Below are positions 20,357 to 31,960 of a DNA stretch of 64,000 nucleotides, piece by piece. The notes beneath the pieces are model-generated. The model did no database searches. It had not been told where the DNA came from and saw nothing but the letters and a program-made list of their open reading frames with translations. Each line of letters begins with the position of its first letter. The first letter of the stretch is position 1. The DNA is from Candidatus Marinacidobacterales bacterium (GTDB lineage: Bacteria > Acidobacteriota > Vicinamibacteria > Marinacidobacterales > SMYC01): assembly GCA_965224085.1 (NCBI GenBank), contig CBDCYI010000009.1:480001-544000 (forward strand), given 5' to 3'. A program made the translations under genes and the position numbers.

Positions 20357-21611
20357 GCCTGCCAGCGCCCACTTCGTGAATAGGCTCGGTTAGCAGCAAG
20401 CTGCTCTCCGACACTGGCCTCCACCAATCAGACTCAAACTGGCCCAAATTTCCTGTCATGGTTTCCAGACTCGGATAGCTCCTTGTACTGGACCGTCTGC
20501 GGAGTCATCTTCGTTTCCTCCGTAAAACTCCGCTGGATGAATTCGAGGTTTGGCCAATTCGAATTCCACTATTCGCCTTCTCCTCAGGCGCGATCTAGGC
20601 ATTGAGCGTCTTCTCATTGTCTGCGCGATTAAGTGAAAAAACGTCCCGATAAGCCCCAAAATCGCCCCAAATTGCACGCTAATGGCCTGGTTAGCTCTGT
20701 TTCTGATCGTTTCCAGCCAAGAATCGGAAGCTCCACTCAAGCCTCCCGACTGCGATAGTCAGAAAGATGTTCCCGTAGACGAACATTCGCTGATGAGACG
20801 TAAAGCCTTTTGCGGCAATGAGTAACGGTCGGAGCCGCCTCCGGAGGGTTTACGACACGGCCCTCTTTCAAGCGTCCAGGAGGTTGAGATTGCCGTATAA
20901 AAAATTTGATTGAAGCAAATTCGATTCCGGCTCGGAACGAGCACCCGTCGATGAGATGTGCGGGGACCAGTACGTGGTGGCTTCCTTTAAGTCACTGTAA
21001 AAAAACAGGATAGAACGCTGTGGGCATCAGGGCTTCTCTGAGTTTTCGCTACATTGCCCCAACCACGCGCACGGCCAAAAGTTCGATCCTGACTCCCAAA
21101 ATTGCCAAAATACCTTTTGCCGAGACCGGATGGCTCGAGACTGCACCATCCGCCACCCAGTCTGCCCAATTGTGACACTGCAGAGACGGGTGAGATTTTC
21201 CGCGCCGTTGGCGCGGTTTTGCAGGATCACGTGGCACCAGAGACGCGCTAGAAGGACGGAACGGGCCTCATTTTCGGTATTCGTCTCTAATCCCGATTTT
21301 CGAGTGCCACGTTTGCGCCCAATAGGAGAACGGACGCTGACCGGGCCGTGCGGCGGCGGAAAGAAAGGCCACCTGAGAGGCCCAAAATCGAGGTCGGGAC
21401 TACCGCGGCGTAGCTGCCCGAGCACGTTCTGGTCCAGGTGCGGCCCGGGCCTGGATCCAGGTCTCCGCCCTGGAACGTGGCATCCCGTTGCTGGATGGTG
21501 TTTTCCCTGCGCGTACGGGGAACCCGAATCGCCCGACATCGCCTCCGACACGCCCCAGATCTGGGGCTCGCCACGGGGCGATGACGATCGAAACGGCCCG
21601 GCGCGCCAGTC

Positions 21612-21643
21612 TTGAGTTCGTTTGTATTCTTGGACACGACGGG
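21612..21643 (+). repeat. Second orphan element-end family (also 48544+, 53825-, 60430+)
   Basis: TTGAGTTCGTTTGTRTTYTTGGACACGACGGG. Confidence 0.75.
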
Positions 21644-21644
21644 T

Positions 21645-21788
21645 TCCCCCGCATATCTTGCAACGGTAACGCCGTCTGCGACCCGACTTGGTGGTAAACC
21701 AGCCGTAGCCACCGATGTTGATGCCCCGCTTTCCACAGTGCTCACACTCTGGCTTGGAGCATGTCTGATTCTGGATGGGTTTCATCAT
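21645..21788 (-). pseudogene. IS1-like transposase Zn-ribbon fragment; related pieces near 25620-25850, 29450-29900, 48300-48620
   Basis: CSKPEC...RRYRCKICG. Confidence 0.55.
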
Positions 21789-21875
21789 TCTAGTGTAGCG
21801 GCGTTGAAAAATAGGCTGTTATACTCATAATCTCATGGGCTTGCAGTCGATCGATCAACAGCGAACAGGGCAAGC

Positions 21876-22020
21876 ACCGAAATTCGATTGGTTCAACATG
21901 TGCCGGCTGCTCGAGCCGATCGGCTACGTGCCGCCAGCGGAATTCGAAGCGCGTTACTATGAGCAGGCCGCAGTGACCTGACTCAACTAATTCGCCCTCC
22001 GGGATTCCAGGTACGATTCA
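21876..22020 (+). pseudogene. IS3 3' remnant
   Basis: WFN..RLLEPIGYVPPAEFEARYY and degenerate IRR ending TTCA. Confidence 0.7.
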
Positions 22021-22496
22021 GTGCACTTCTGGTGCATTTTCTTGTGAAGCGGAGCAGTCGAAGCAAATGTTTAGTTCGTGGCGAGCCTATCAGATAAACC
22101 GGGAAAGTCACTGTTCTGCACGTGGCATGGCAAGGTGCGCCACATGACGCCCCGCCTACACTTCTCCTGGCCTATCCGTGCGGGTGAACCGGTCTACGTC
22201 GTGTACGCCGGCCGGAAGCTCACCAGGCGATGACGTCTTCGGCCGATACAGGGAACCGATAATGCCCGCTTCGCGCAGGAAAAGGTCAACCTGCCGAAAG
22301 CGTTTTCTGGACCTTGCACTGCTGGATGACCGCCGTCCAGCAGTGGGACGAGCCGAATCTGGGATGAAGCCTTCATGACCGCCAGCACGCTGAAGCGCCT
22401 CGTGCGCGACACGGACCCGCCGGCACGCCGTACCCAAGACCGACAGATAGTCTTGCCGAGCCAGCCGGTGCGGACCGCTCCGGGCGGGGGTTCGTG

Positions 22497-23350
22497 ATGG
22501 ACGCCTTCGACCTCGATGAAACCGTCATCGGGCGCTACAAGGCCTTCGCACGCTCCTTTACAAATATCCGCTCGCCGGAGCTGAATGCGAAGGTCGATGA
22601 ACTGTACGCGACCAAGCGCTTCTGGCCCGAGCCGTTGGTCCAGCTCAACCCGCACTATGCGGGCGGCGGATCGATACAGGATTTCATTGACGCCGGCGAT
22701 CTAGAACCGGAATGCGCCGACGTGTTTCGGGACCTCTTGGCCTCGGGAAGCCCCCGGGATCGAACGCTGAGGCTCCGCAAGCACCAGCAGCAGGCCATCG
22801 GCTATGCCCTGAACAATCAGAGTTACGCCGTCACGACCGGGACAGGCTCGGGGAAGTCACTGTGTTTCTTCATTCCGATCATCGACGCCGCGATCAAGGC
22901 GCGGAAAGCGGGCCAGGCCCCGGGCACCCGCGCGATCGTCATCTATCCGATGAACGCCTTGGCAAACAGCCAGGCGGAAGAGCTGAGGCGCTACCTCGGT
23001 GTGGGCAACCCCCACACCCCCACCTTCGCGCGATACACCGGCCAGGAAGGCCCGGATGAACGGGAGCGCGTCAAGGACGACCCGCCGGACATTTTGCTTA
23101 CCAACTTCATGATGCTCGAATTGCTCATGACGCGGCAGAACGATCTGGACCGGAAGGTCATCGAGAATTGCCGCGGCCTGCGGTTCGTCGTGCTCGATGA
23201 GCTGCACACCTACCGCGGGCGCCAGGGCGCGGATGTGGCGATGCTGATGCGCCGTCTCAAGGCGCGGATTGGCGATCCGAAGGCATCCGCCGATTTGCGT
23301 CGGCACGTCCGCGACCATGGCAAGCGAAGGCGCCCCGGAAGAGAAGCGCG
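22497..23350 (+). pseudogene. DEAD/DEAH helicase N-terminal fragment (DrmA-like)
   Basis: TGTGSGKS, YPMNALANSQ, LDELHTYRGRQGADVA, TSAT after a frameshift; truncated. Confidence 0.8.
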
Positions 23351-23672
23351 CCGCTTCTTCCGTCTTCTCCCTTTTGAGCGCGCAGACCCTCTTCACGATG
23401 AGCGACGAGTGCATTGTGAACAGCTTAGTCGTCTTGACGATCGACTTCTTTGGAAGTCGGCCTTGGGCAAAGTCGGTGTCGGAGAGTTGGACTGCGTTCG
23501 GGTCATCCGTGATATGTGAGGTTATTGCCGCCAGTACGAGGTCTTCCCCGGCAGCATTGAAGGAATCAGGGGAAAGGATCAGCGCGGGGCGTCTCTTGGA
23601 CGACGTGAGGTCGGTGAAGGGGAAGAAGACCAGTACGATGTCGCCCTGTCTATAAACTGTCGTAGACGGCAT
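23350..23672 (-). pseudogene. PemK/MazF toxin lacking native stop
   Basis: GDIVLVFFPFTD..KRRPALILS..LAAITS. Confidence 0.8.
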
Positions 23673-23850
23673 CCTCCTTGTTCTCCCAGAACTCGAAGCT
23701 CCGCTCCGAGGCCTTCAGCCACGGCAGGTCCTCGGTGAGCCGCTTCAGCTCATCCTCTGAAAAGACTCGGTAGACCTTTCCCGAAGCGGCGTCGCTCACT
23801 TCCTCCAGCGGCCTGAAGACCCCATCCCTGTACTCGACCTTAATGCTCAT
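23650..23850 (-). CDS. DUF104/AF2212-like antitoxin
   Basis: KVEYRDGVFRPLE...FWENKEDAVYD overlapping the toxin start. Confidence 0.7.
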   Translation of the reverse strand: MSIKVEYRDGVFRPLEEVSDAASGKVYRVFSEDELKRLTEDLPWLKASERSFEFWENKEDAVYDSL

Positions 23851-23956
23851 TATCCAGATTATATCAGGCAAAGCTTAAAACGTGTTTCCCGGTCGTGCGT
23901 CGGGGCATGACGGGATGATCCTCGCATCACAGCAAGGGTCTGCTTCGCAGGACGCC

Positions 23957-24150
23957 TGAACCGCCCCGGGTTTCCCGGAGACTGTTTTAGTTGAGTCTCG
24001 CCATCTCTAGCAAGCCTTCCTGCGACCGATAGTAGTTCATCTCGTACTCGACGGGGGCGACATTTCCGATCGGCTCCAAGAGTCGTTGCGTGTTGTACCA
24101 ATGCACCCACTCAAGGGTAGCGAACTCGACGTCCTCGAGACCACGCCAGG
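23957..24150 (-). mobile_element. IS3 right-end remnant (others at 25850-26008, 48183-48300, 61380-61460)
   Basis: TGAACCGCCCCGGGTTTCCCGGAGAC IR plus orfB 3' sequence. Confidence 0.8.
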
Positions 24151-24153
24151 GCC

Positions 24154-25499
24154 TGTCCTTCATCATTATTGATCCAGCGGGAATGGTACCGCTGGTGGCC
24201 CTACGACGAACGAAGAAACCCGGGTCGGCGCGCGCGGGAACTTGCCGAGATCACGCGATCAATGGGCCGCGGAGCTGGACAACGCAATCGCGAGGGACCC
24301 CAGCAATCGACGCGCAGCGACTAAACTGGCTCAGGCGGCGTCACGCCATTCGTAGCGGTGATGAAGCCCACCCACTCGCGGCAACGCGACGACTTTTGCG
24401 GTCGGTGATGGTCGGGGCGTGACGGGTCTTGAGTTCGGGGTGTCTTTGTCGAGACCCAAGTGGCAACGGTCCTCGTGGTAGTAGCTGATGTACAAGCGCA
24501 TGAGCCGGACGAGATGCCGCTCACTGAGGACAACTACATGCTCTAACATCTCGCGGCGGCAGTTTCCGATCCAGCGTTCGGCGGTACCGTTTTGCCAAAG
24601 GCTGCGATAAGAAATGCGAACAGGCTTTGTGCCCATGGCCCTGATGAACTCCACCACTGCAGGGCTGAAAATCGCGTCGCGGTCAAAGACCAAGTATCGT
24701 GGTGCCGTGTCGTATGGGAACGCCTCGCGCAGTTGTTGAATCACCCACGCTGACGTGGGGTTGTACGTCGCGTTGAAGTGCAAGATATGGCGACGGCCGT
24801 GCTCGATGACGAAGAAGCCGTACAGCAGCCGTAGCGACGCCGTCGGTACGGCGAACAGTTCCATCGCGGCGATGTCGTCCTTGTGGTTCCGCAAGAACGC
24901 AATCCATCGCTTCACTTCGTCGGGTTCGGCTCGGCGGCGCGGCATGTATCGCGACACCGTCATCTCGCTGACAACGAATCCGAGCTTCGTCAGCTCAGCG
25001 TGGATACGAGGTGCACCCCAGCCGTCTTGGGCCATCGTGCGGACGAGACGACGAATCTCGGCATCAATCCGAGGTCGACCTGGATAGCACGGACGGGAGA
25101 TCCGAGCCCAGTATCGGCGGAACCGATCTCGATTCCACCGGGCGACCGTGTCGGCGTTCACGATAACGAGCCGGCTCGCCCACGCTGGCCACGAGCTTCG
25201 GAGCGCAACCCAGAATGCTCGGTCCGTGTCCTCGAGCGGTGGCCGGGGGCGCTCCTTCTTCAACGCCGTAACTTGCAGCCGCAGGGCCAGGTTTTCAATC
25301 ACGAGGTCGGCTCGGCACCGACACATCGCCCGGATCGCACGGGCGCCGAGTGAGACGAGGAAGATGAGGACACGGAGCATGGCGGCAGAGTTTGCCGTCT
25401 CAAGACCGGGATCTCAAGCGGGAGATGCGCTCGTTGGCCGAGGCGTGAACGGTGCGTAAGTCCTTGATTTCAGGAGCGGACGGATATTGATGATGCACA
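24154..25499 (-). mobile_element. IS481-like rve element, copy 1 (transposase 24331-25380)
   Basis: Imperfect TIRs TGTCCTTCATCATTAT / TGTGCATCATCAATAT; WGAPRIHAEL, DRD, QNGTAER; IHF-like site near left end. Confidence 0.85.
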
Positions 25500-25521
25500 C
25501 CGTGGGATCCTCGTCGATGGC

Positions 25522-25615
25522 TGTGATCCGCAAAAAAGAAAACCGGCCAGAAGCAGCTGACCATGTCAGGTCTAAAACGCGCAATCAACGCCGGATCGAC
25601 TATTTGCGGAGCACA
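25522..25615. mobile_element. ~94-bp MITE, copy 1
   Basis: TGTGATCCGCAA...TTGCGGAGCACA; homologous to 50512 and 53972. Confidence 0.75.
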
Positions 25616-26137
25616 AGTGTCAGTTGGCCTGCGTGTGCCGGCAAATGTTATCGCTACTAATAAGGATGTCGGGGTGCCCACGAAGATGTCCCTGAACGTC
25701 AGGCACCGCGTGGTCAGCCCAGCCTGCATCGCCGAAAGAACAGCGTCTCTCGAAATCAGGCTCAAACTCTAGCACGTGAGCGGGTTACGCGGCTGCGGCC
25801 AACACTTGATTGCGGAAGCACCCATTAATTCGCAAGAACCTCCACTCCGCTCGAGTGGGTGCATTGGTACAACACGCAACGACTCTTGGAGCCGATCGGA
25901 AATGTCCCCCCGGTCGAGTACGAGATGAACTACTATCGGTCGCAGGAAGGCTTGCTAGAGATGGCGAGACTCAACTAAAACAGTCTCCGGAAAACCCGGG
26001 GCGGTTCAGAATTGCACGTGGTACGTCATCATGGAGCTGAAGATAACACCCTCGGGCCAGACGATTGTAAAGCCTACGGCCCTTGGCCCCGGCGCAAACA
26101 CAGACACTAAGCTGCTGATTTATGGCCTATTTCAAAA

Positions 26138-26583
26138 GGGGCTTATATCCATGACTAGACACGACAGAAGAATAGGAGAAGATGAAATATGCGGTCACTA
26201 AAAGGATGCTTCATGCTCGCCGTAGCTTTCGTTTTGACGCTCAACAACTTCTTCTACGCCGTCAATCCCGCTGCGGCCAAGCCCATATTCGATTGGATCG
26301 ACCCTTTCGCAGTCGTCGCCCTCGTACTCGTTTTCATCGAGAAAATCCTCGGTTCGATGCGGGGCGAAACCGAATGGCCTCGGCTCGTGGTGACGGTCCT
26401 GGTGGGGGCGCTGGTTCATTTATACGCCTACAATTACTTGGCGAAGATGGCGGGCAGTGGACTGGAGAGCGGGACCTTGTGGCTGGTTATGGTGCCGTTT
26501 GCGGTCTCCTTGCTCATCTATGAGGGCCTTTTTCTGATTCGTGAATCCAAATAGGGGCTTGTCTAGTCATGTATATAAGCCCC
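26138..26583. mobile_element. Non-autonomous mobile insertion cassette (446 bp)
   Basis: 24-bp TIRs (1 mismatch) GGGGCTTATATCCATGACTAGACA; 8-bp TSD TTTCAAAA at 26130-26137 and 26584-26591. Confidence 0.9.
26189..26554 (+). CDS. Small 4-TM membrane protein (cassette cargo)
   Basis: 121 aa with four hydrophobic segments; fills the cassette; AGGAG upstream. Confidence 0.7.
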   Translation: MRSLKGCFMLAVAFVLTLNNFFYAVNPAAAKPIFDWIDPFAVVALVLVFIEKILGSMRGETEWPRLVVTVLVGALVHLYAYNYLAKMAGSGLESGTLWLVMVPFAVSLLIYEGLFLIRESK

Positions 26584-26706
26584 TTTCAAAAGGGCCGAGT
26601 TTTGGCACAGGACGGGGTGCGTCCGCCGATTCGACCCCAAGATGTTGGCAACGCGATACGCTCAAGCCCCATTATCTAGCGGCCTGCTCCGAGCTTGAGC
26701 CCTCAA

Positions 26707-28190
26707 CTAATAAGAAACTCAGGGTGTAGCGTTGGCAAGAGGTGTGAGAGTGACGTCAAAACCGAGCTCCCTTAGGCGTCGTGTCATTCGTATTGTGAGC
26801 TGTTCCTTGTCACGTTGATGGAAGTAATCGGCACCCAGTTCCCGGTATGGAATCTCATTGTGGAGCATGTAGTAGACGGCGGTGATGATGGAGGCGGCGA
26901 CGGCGACGACAGCTTTCTTGGGGCCCCGACGAGATTTGAGCCGGAAGAACTGGGCACGCAGATAGCTGTCGCGCTTGCGGCTTGCCGCCCAAGCGGCTTG
27001 GACAAGAGCGGTCTTGAGCCATGGAGCCCCTTTGCGGGTTTTCTGAGAAAAGCGTTTACCGGCACTCTCATGAAGCCGTGGGCATAGACCGGCCCAAGAG
27101 CGAAGGTGTCCGGCCGTTGGGAATGCCGAGACATCGGGTCCGATCTCGGCGACGAGAATGGCCGCCGTGGCTTCACTGATGCCCGGGATCGTCACCAGAA
27201 GCTCGATGGCCGACCGAAAAGGGCACAGGCTCTCTGTGATACGGGATTCGAGCGCGCTCACTGAGGCTTCAAGCTGCTCGATATGATTGAGATGAAAACC
27301 CAACAGGAAACGATGATGGTCGGTAACGTAGCCCTCGAGCGCTGCGCTCAATTCCTGTTCAGTGGCTTTGAGTCGGCTCGAGCCCAGCTCACTCAGCTTG
27401 TGAGGGTCGCTTTCTCCCGCAATGATCGCTCGGAGAATCGCCCGCCCGCTTACTCCCAAAATCGTGCTAATCACGCTCGTCAATTTGATGTTCGCGTCTT
27501 CCAACGTCTTTTGAATTCGCTGGGTCTCCCGAGCGATTTCTCGAACGAACTGCTTTCGCGTTCGGGTCAGCTCTCGCAGTTCCTGGATCGGCGTTGGCGG
27601 AACGAAGCTAGCTCGAATGAGACCATGGGCAAGCAAATCCGCTATCCACAAGGCATCACTGATATCGCTCTTACGACCCGGCATGTTCTTGACGTGGGCC
27701 GGTTGTGCCAACACCAACTCAAAATGACCTTCGAGCACATGCCACACCGGCTTCCAATACACTCCGGTCGCTTCCATCGCTACAATCGTGCAACCGCACT
27801 GCCCCAGCCAATCCAACATTTCCAGCAATTCGCTCGTGGCCGTGCCGAACACACGCGTCTCGCGCACCACCTTCCGCTTCGTCGCTACCCGCACGCAAGC
27901 CGTAATCGATTTCTGGTGGACGTCCAATCCAGCGCATCGCTTATGAACCACTCTAATCGCAGCCTCCTTCACGTCGCACCGGCGTGGAGCCCACGAACTT
28001 GTAATCTAATAGACGCGCTCAACTATCCCAGCTGGAATAGAAAACGCAATTTGGGGTACGCGCAGGACTCCCAGCCAAACTTGACAACGGGCTCAGTCGC
28101 ACCAACGTTAAGCCGACCTCTGAGCCGGTGCCACCTTCACAGACTACCGCGTTTCATTTATTCGGGGTGACCGCCAGGCCGTGGAAAACT
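26707..28190 (-). mobile_element. IS110-family element (transposase 26719-27972) with 5' noncoding bridge-RNA region
   Basis: GLDVH, MEATG, RKSDISDA, TIPGI, ESAGK; duplicated CT core at 26707 and 28189. Confidence 0.9.
27975..28140 (-). ncRNA. Putative bridge RNA of IS110
   Basis: Contains TGTCAAG and CTTAAC (target match), TATTAG and AAATT (donor match). Confidence 0.6.
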
Positions 28191-28248
28191 TGACATGCCC
28201 CTGAGCGGCTTCAGCAAGGTGACGGTGGACGACGTCGCGGTCGCCCCC

Positions 28249-29238
28249 CTAGGGTTCATCGGTCGGCGCGGACGTGTTGATGTCTGGGTAGAGCCACGAG
28301 TGTTCGAGTCCGGCGTGTCGCTTGCCGTATCGTTCCGGTATGTTCTGTGTCCAGTTGCTGGGCAACGTCAGACAGCACGCCAGTAAAACAACGAGTACGA
28401 TTCTCTGTAACACGAAAGGCGCTTTTTTGGGCGGGGCTTCCACCTCCAGTGCCTCTTTGACACCACTTCGCAGCCGATCCAGGCGCCGAATGCGCGATCG
28501 GATCAAAAAAACGATACCGATCGACACCATGATGAGGTTCAGGGTCTGCCCGGTCCCGAGAGCCAGACGGTGAGTCGGATAGTCGCGAAACAGATCAATG
28601 AATACACGCAAGAACGCATACCAGAAGACGAAACGAGCTGCGGTTGCCCCCGGTGTGGGGTTCATCTTTCGAACACGGAGGAGGAAAGGCACCAGCAGAA
28701 GATTCTTGATGCCGTCATAGAGAACCACCGGATGCCGGATTCCAGCTGCGTCGGGAAACAGCACTCCCCACGGTACATCGGTGAGAGCACCCACGATCTG
28801 ACCGTCGATGAAGTTCCCGACCCTTCCCATTCCCATCAGAAACGAACCGGGGATCACGACTGCGTCGAACAGCGCGAGCAGGTCCTTTCGATAGAGCAAG
28901 GCGAAGGAGGTGACGGCTACAGTCGCTCCGAGAAGTACCCCGTGAGACGCCAGGCCCCCAAGCCAGTATGCCGGAATGAGGATAGGGTGCGCGCTGTAGA
29001 AGGGCCACTCGTCGAATGCGACTTCGATGAGACGCGCCCCGACCAAAACGCCCACCACGATGAAAAGGGTGAGGGTGTATACGTCTCTGGAAGTGAGTCC
29101 GAGCCGAAGCCTGTGGCGGCGCAGAAACAGATGCAAATGCAGGAATCCCAGCGAATAGCCCAACCCATACCACCAGAGATAGACGCCGCCCACTTCGGCA
29201 ATGATCGGGTCGACATTATGGACATAGGGTCCGAACAT
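28249..29238 (-). CDS. lgt: Prolipoprotein diacylglyceryl transferase homologue
   Basis: WYGL, GARL, GLASHG, GRVGNFIDG, PWG, RHP..LY, FR. Confidence 0.85.
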   Translation of the reverse strand: MFGPYVHNVDPIIAEVGGVYLWWYGLGYSLGFLHLHLFLRRHRLRLGLTSRDVYTLTLFIVVGVLVGARLIEVAFDEWPFYSAHPILIPAYWLGGLASHGVLLGATVAVTSFALLYRKDLLALFDAVVIPGSFLMGMGRVGNFIDGQIVGALTDVPWGVLFPDAAGIRHPVVLYDGIKNLLLVPFLLRVRKMNPTPGATAARFVFWYAFLRVFIDLFRDYPTHRLALGTGQTLNLIMVSIGIVFLIRSRIRRLDRLRSGVKEALEVEAPPKKAPFVLQRIVLVVLLACCLTLPSNWTQNIPERYGKRHAGLEHSWLYPDINTSAPTDEP

Positions 29239-29913
29239 CTTTTAAGCTCCCGCATGACATAGCTGTACGTCGTCAGAGTAATTCGGACAAAAGCGCCGTT
29301 TTTCTAAGAGACGAACGCGCCTACCCTACCCGGGCCATTCGTCAGAGGTTGTACGTCGGTCCTTTCTAGTCGTTGAGCAGCCGACAGACAAAGCGGATGC
29401 GTCCCTAGGTTCGTGGAAAAAGAACAGCGCACCTCCACTTCGTCATCAAGGTATCAGATCAAGCGGCGACCTCACCGCTAGCGAGAACCTCGGGCAGATG
29501 TTGGTAGCCATCGATGCGTCGTAGCTGAATCTGGCCAGAGGCAATAAGCGCAAAGAGCAAAGCGACAGCCCACTCCTCGGTGGTGAACGACGCCTGGGTC
29601 TTCGTCCGGCGTCGAAACTCGCGGTTGAGGTTCTCCAAAGCATTGGTTGTACGAATCGAGGTGCTTCCGCTATTAAGTGTTGGTGAGATAACGCTAAGAC
29701 TTTACGCTGCATTAACCCTAATCGCAAATAAACGTCACCGTGTCTGAGGTCTTTGGCCCCGTGAATAGCACCTTTTCCAGGTTCTGCATACACCGTGCAG
29801 AATCACCTATAGTGGCGGCGAGCGGGTGCCCCAGCACGAGCTTCTCGCCTGCGCCCAGTGCGGCTGTTTCGCGTTTCGTGCTTCGAAGATTTTGCGATTA
29901 GGGTTAAATTACT

Positions 29914-30268
29914 GCCTTGGTGCACAACTCGCGATCTCGGTCCACAATTGTCCTTTACTCACGGATTCGAGGTTCCCCATGAGCATTTTCAAACGCACTC
30001 AGCGGAAGTATGTGATGAAGGCCTATCGCGTGAGGAATTGGCGTGAATATGAGGCGGGGTCTACGCAACCGCGGGAGCCTGACCGTCTGGATCTCGCTCA
30101 CCGCCGGCAAGCTTGTGAACTGGGACGCGCCCCGGCCGAGGAGGAGGAAACCGGGCCGTCAACGCAAGTACTCGAACCACGCCATCGAGACGGCTGTCAC
30201 CCTGGGCATGGTGTTTCATCTGTCATCTAGGCAGAGCGAGGGATTGCTGCGATCGTTGTTCGCTCTGA
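29914..30268 (+). mobile_element. IS5-family left part
   Basis: Left TIR GCCTTGGTGCACAACTC (exact complement of 16906-16922); YRVRNWREY..RGSLTVW. Confidence 0.85.
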
Positions 30269-30502
30269 TGTCAAAACTTGGAGTCTCCGGAAAACCCGGT
30301 TCTCCTCTCGCAGGTAGTCGATCACATCCTGCTCCTGGCGGTTGAGCCAGCCAGCCAGAACGAGGAGTAGGAATTGCACGCCCTTGGCCCGGGCGCAAAC
30401 ACAGACACTAAGCTGCTGATTTGTTGTCTATTTCAAAAAGGGCCGAATTTTGGCACAGGACGGGATCGGTCAGTCGAGTTTTCATTAATTAAATCATCCA
30501 CC

Positions 30503-31848
30503 TGTCCTTCATCATTATTGATCCAGCGGGAATGGTACCGCTGGTGGTCCTACGGCGAACGAAGAAACCCGGGTCGGCGCGCGCGGGCACTTGCCGAGAT
30601 CACGCGATCAATGGGCCGCGGAGCTGGACAACGCAATCGCGAGGGACCCCAGCAATCGACGCGCAGCGACTAAACTGGCTCAGGCGGCGTCGCGCCATTC
30701 GTAGCGGTGGTGGAGCCCACCCACTCGCGGCAACGCGACGACTTTTGCGGTCGGTGATGGTCGGGGCGTGACGGGTCTTGAGTTCGGGGTGTTTTTGTCG
30801 AGACCCAAGTGGCAACGGTCCTCGTGGTAGTAGCTGATGTACAAGCGCATGAGCCGGATGAGATGCCGCTCACTGAGGACAACTACATGCTCTAACATCT
30901 CGCGGCGGCAGTTTCCGATCCAGCGTTCGGCGGTACCGTTTTGCCAAGGGCTGCGATAAGAAATGCGAACAGGCTTTGTGCCCATGGCCCTGATGAACTC
31001 CACCACTGCAGGGCTGAAAATCGCGTCGCGGGCAAAGACCAAGTATCGTGGTGCCGTGTCGTATGGGAATGCCTCGCGCAGTTGTTGAATCACCCACGCT
31101 GACGTGGGGTTGTACGTCGCGTTGAAGTGCAAGATATGGCGACGGCCGTGCTCGATGACAAAGAAGCCGTACAGCAGCCGTAGCGACGCCGTCGGTACGG
31201 CGAACAGATCCATCGCGGCGATGTCGTCCTTGCGGTTCCGCAAGAACGCAATCCATCGCTTCACTTCGTCGGGTTCGGCTCGGCGGCGCGGCATGTATCG
31301 CGACACCGTCATCTCGCTGACAACGAATCCGAGCTTCGTCAGCTCAGCGTGGATACGAGGTGCACCCCAGCCGTCTTGGGCCATCGTGCGGACGAGACAA
31401 CGAATCTCGGCATCAATCCGAGGTCGACCCGGATAGCGCGGACGGGAGATCCGGGCCCAGTATCGGCGGAACCGATCTCGATTCCACCGGGCGACCGTGT
31501 CGGCGTTCACGATAACGAGCCGGCTCGCCCACGCTGGCCACGAGCTTCGGAGCGCAACCCAGAATGCTCGGTCCGTGTCCTCGAGCGGTGGCCGGGGGCG
31601 CTCCTTCTTCAACGCCGTAACTTGCTGCCGCAGGGCCAGGTTTTCAATCACGAGGTCGGCTCGGCACCGACACATCGCCCGGATCGCACGGGCGCCGAGT
31701 GAGACGAGGAAGATGAGGACACGGAGCATGGCGGCAGAGTTTGCCGTCTCAAGACCGGGATCTCAAGCGGAAGATGCGCTCGTTGCCCGAGGCGTGAACG
31801 GTGCGTAAGTCCTTGATTTCAGGAGCGGACGGATATTGATGATGCACA
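30503..31848 (-). mobile_element. IS481-like rve element, copy 2 (transposase 30680-31729)
   Basis: Near-identical to 24154-25499. Confidence 0.85.
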
Positions 31849-31960
31849 GGCCGTCAGGCCGTGGAAAACTTGACAATACCCAGCTACCAGGTTTTCGATC
31901 ATAACGTTGAGCCTTCCCTGCGGCGAGAAACTACTCGCTAAATGTGATATGAACTATCGG

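Noticed and set aside
20360-21600. Possible tRNA/att remnants or ORFs (e.g. CCATCCGCCA near 21145)
   Set aside because: No cloverleaf or recognisable protein motifs; evidence insufficient
22857-23672. 271-aa MazF fusion as a novel toxin
   Set aside because: Tail is antisense helicase sequence after a deletion
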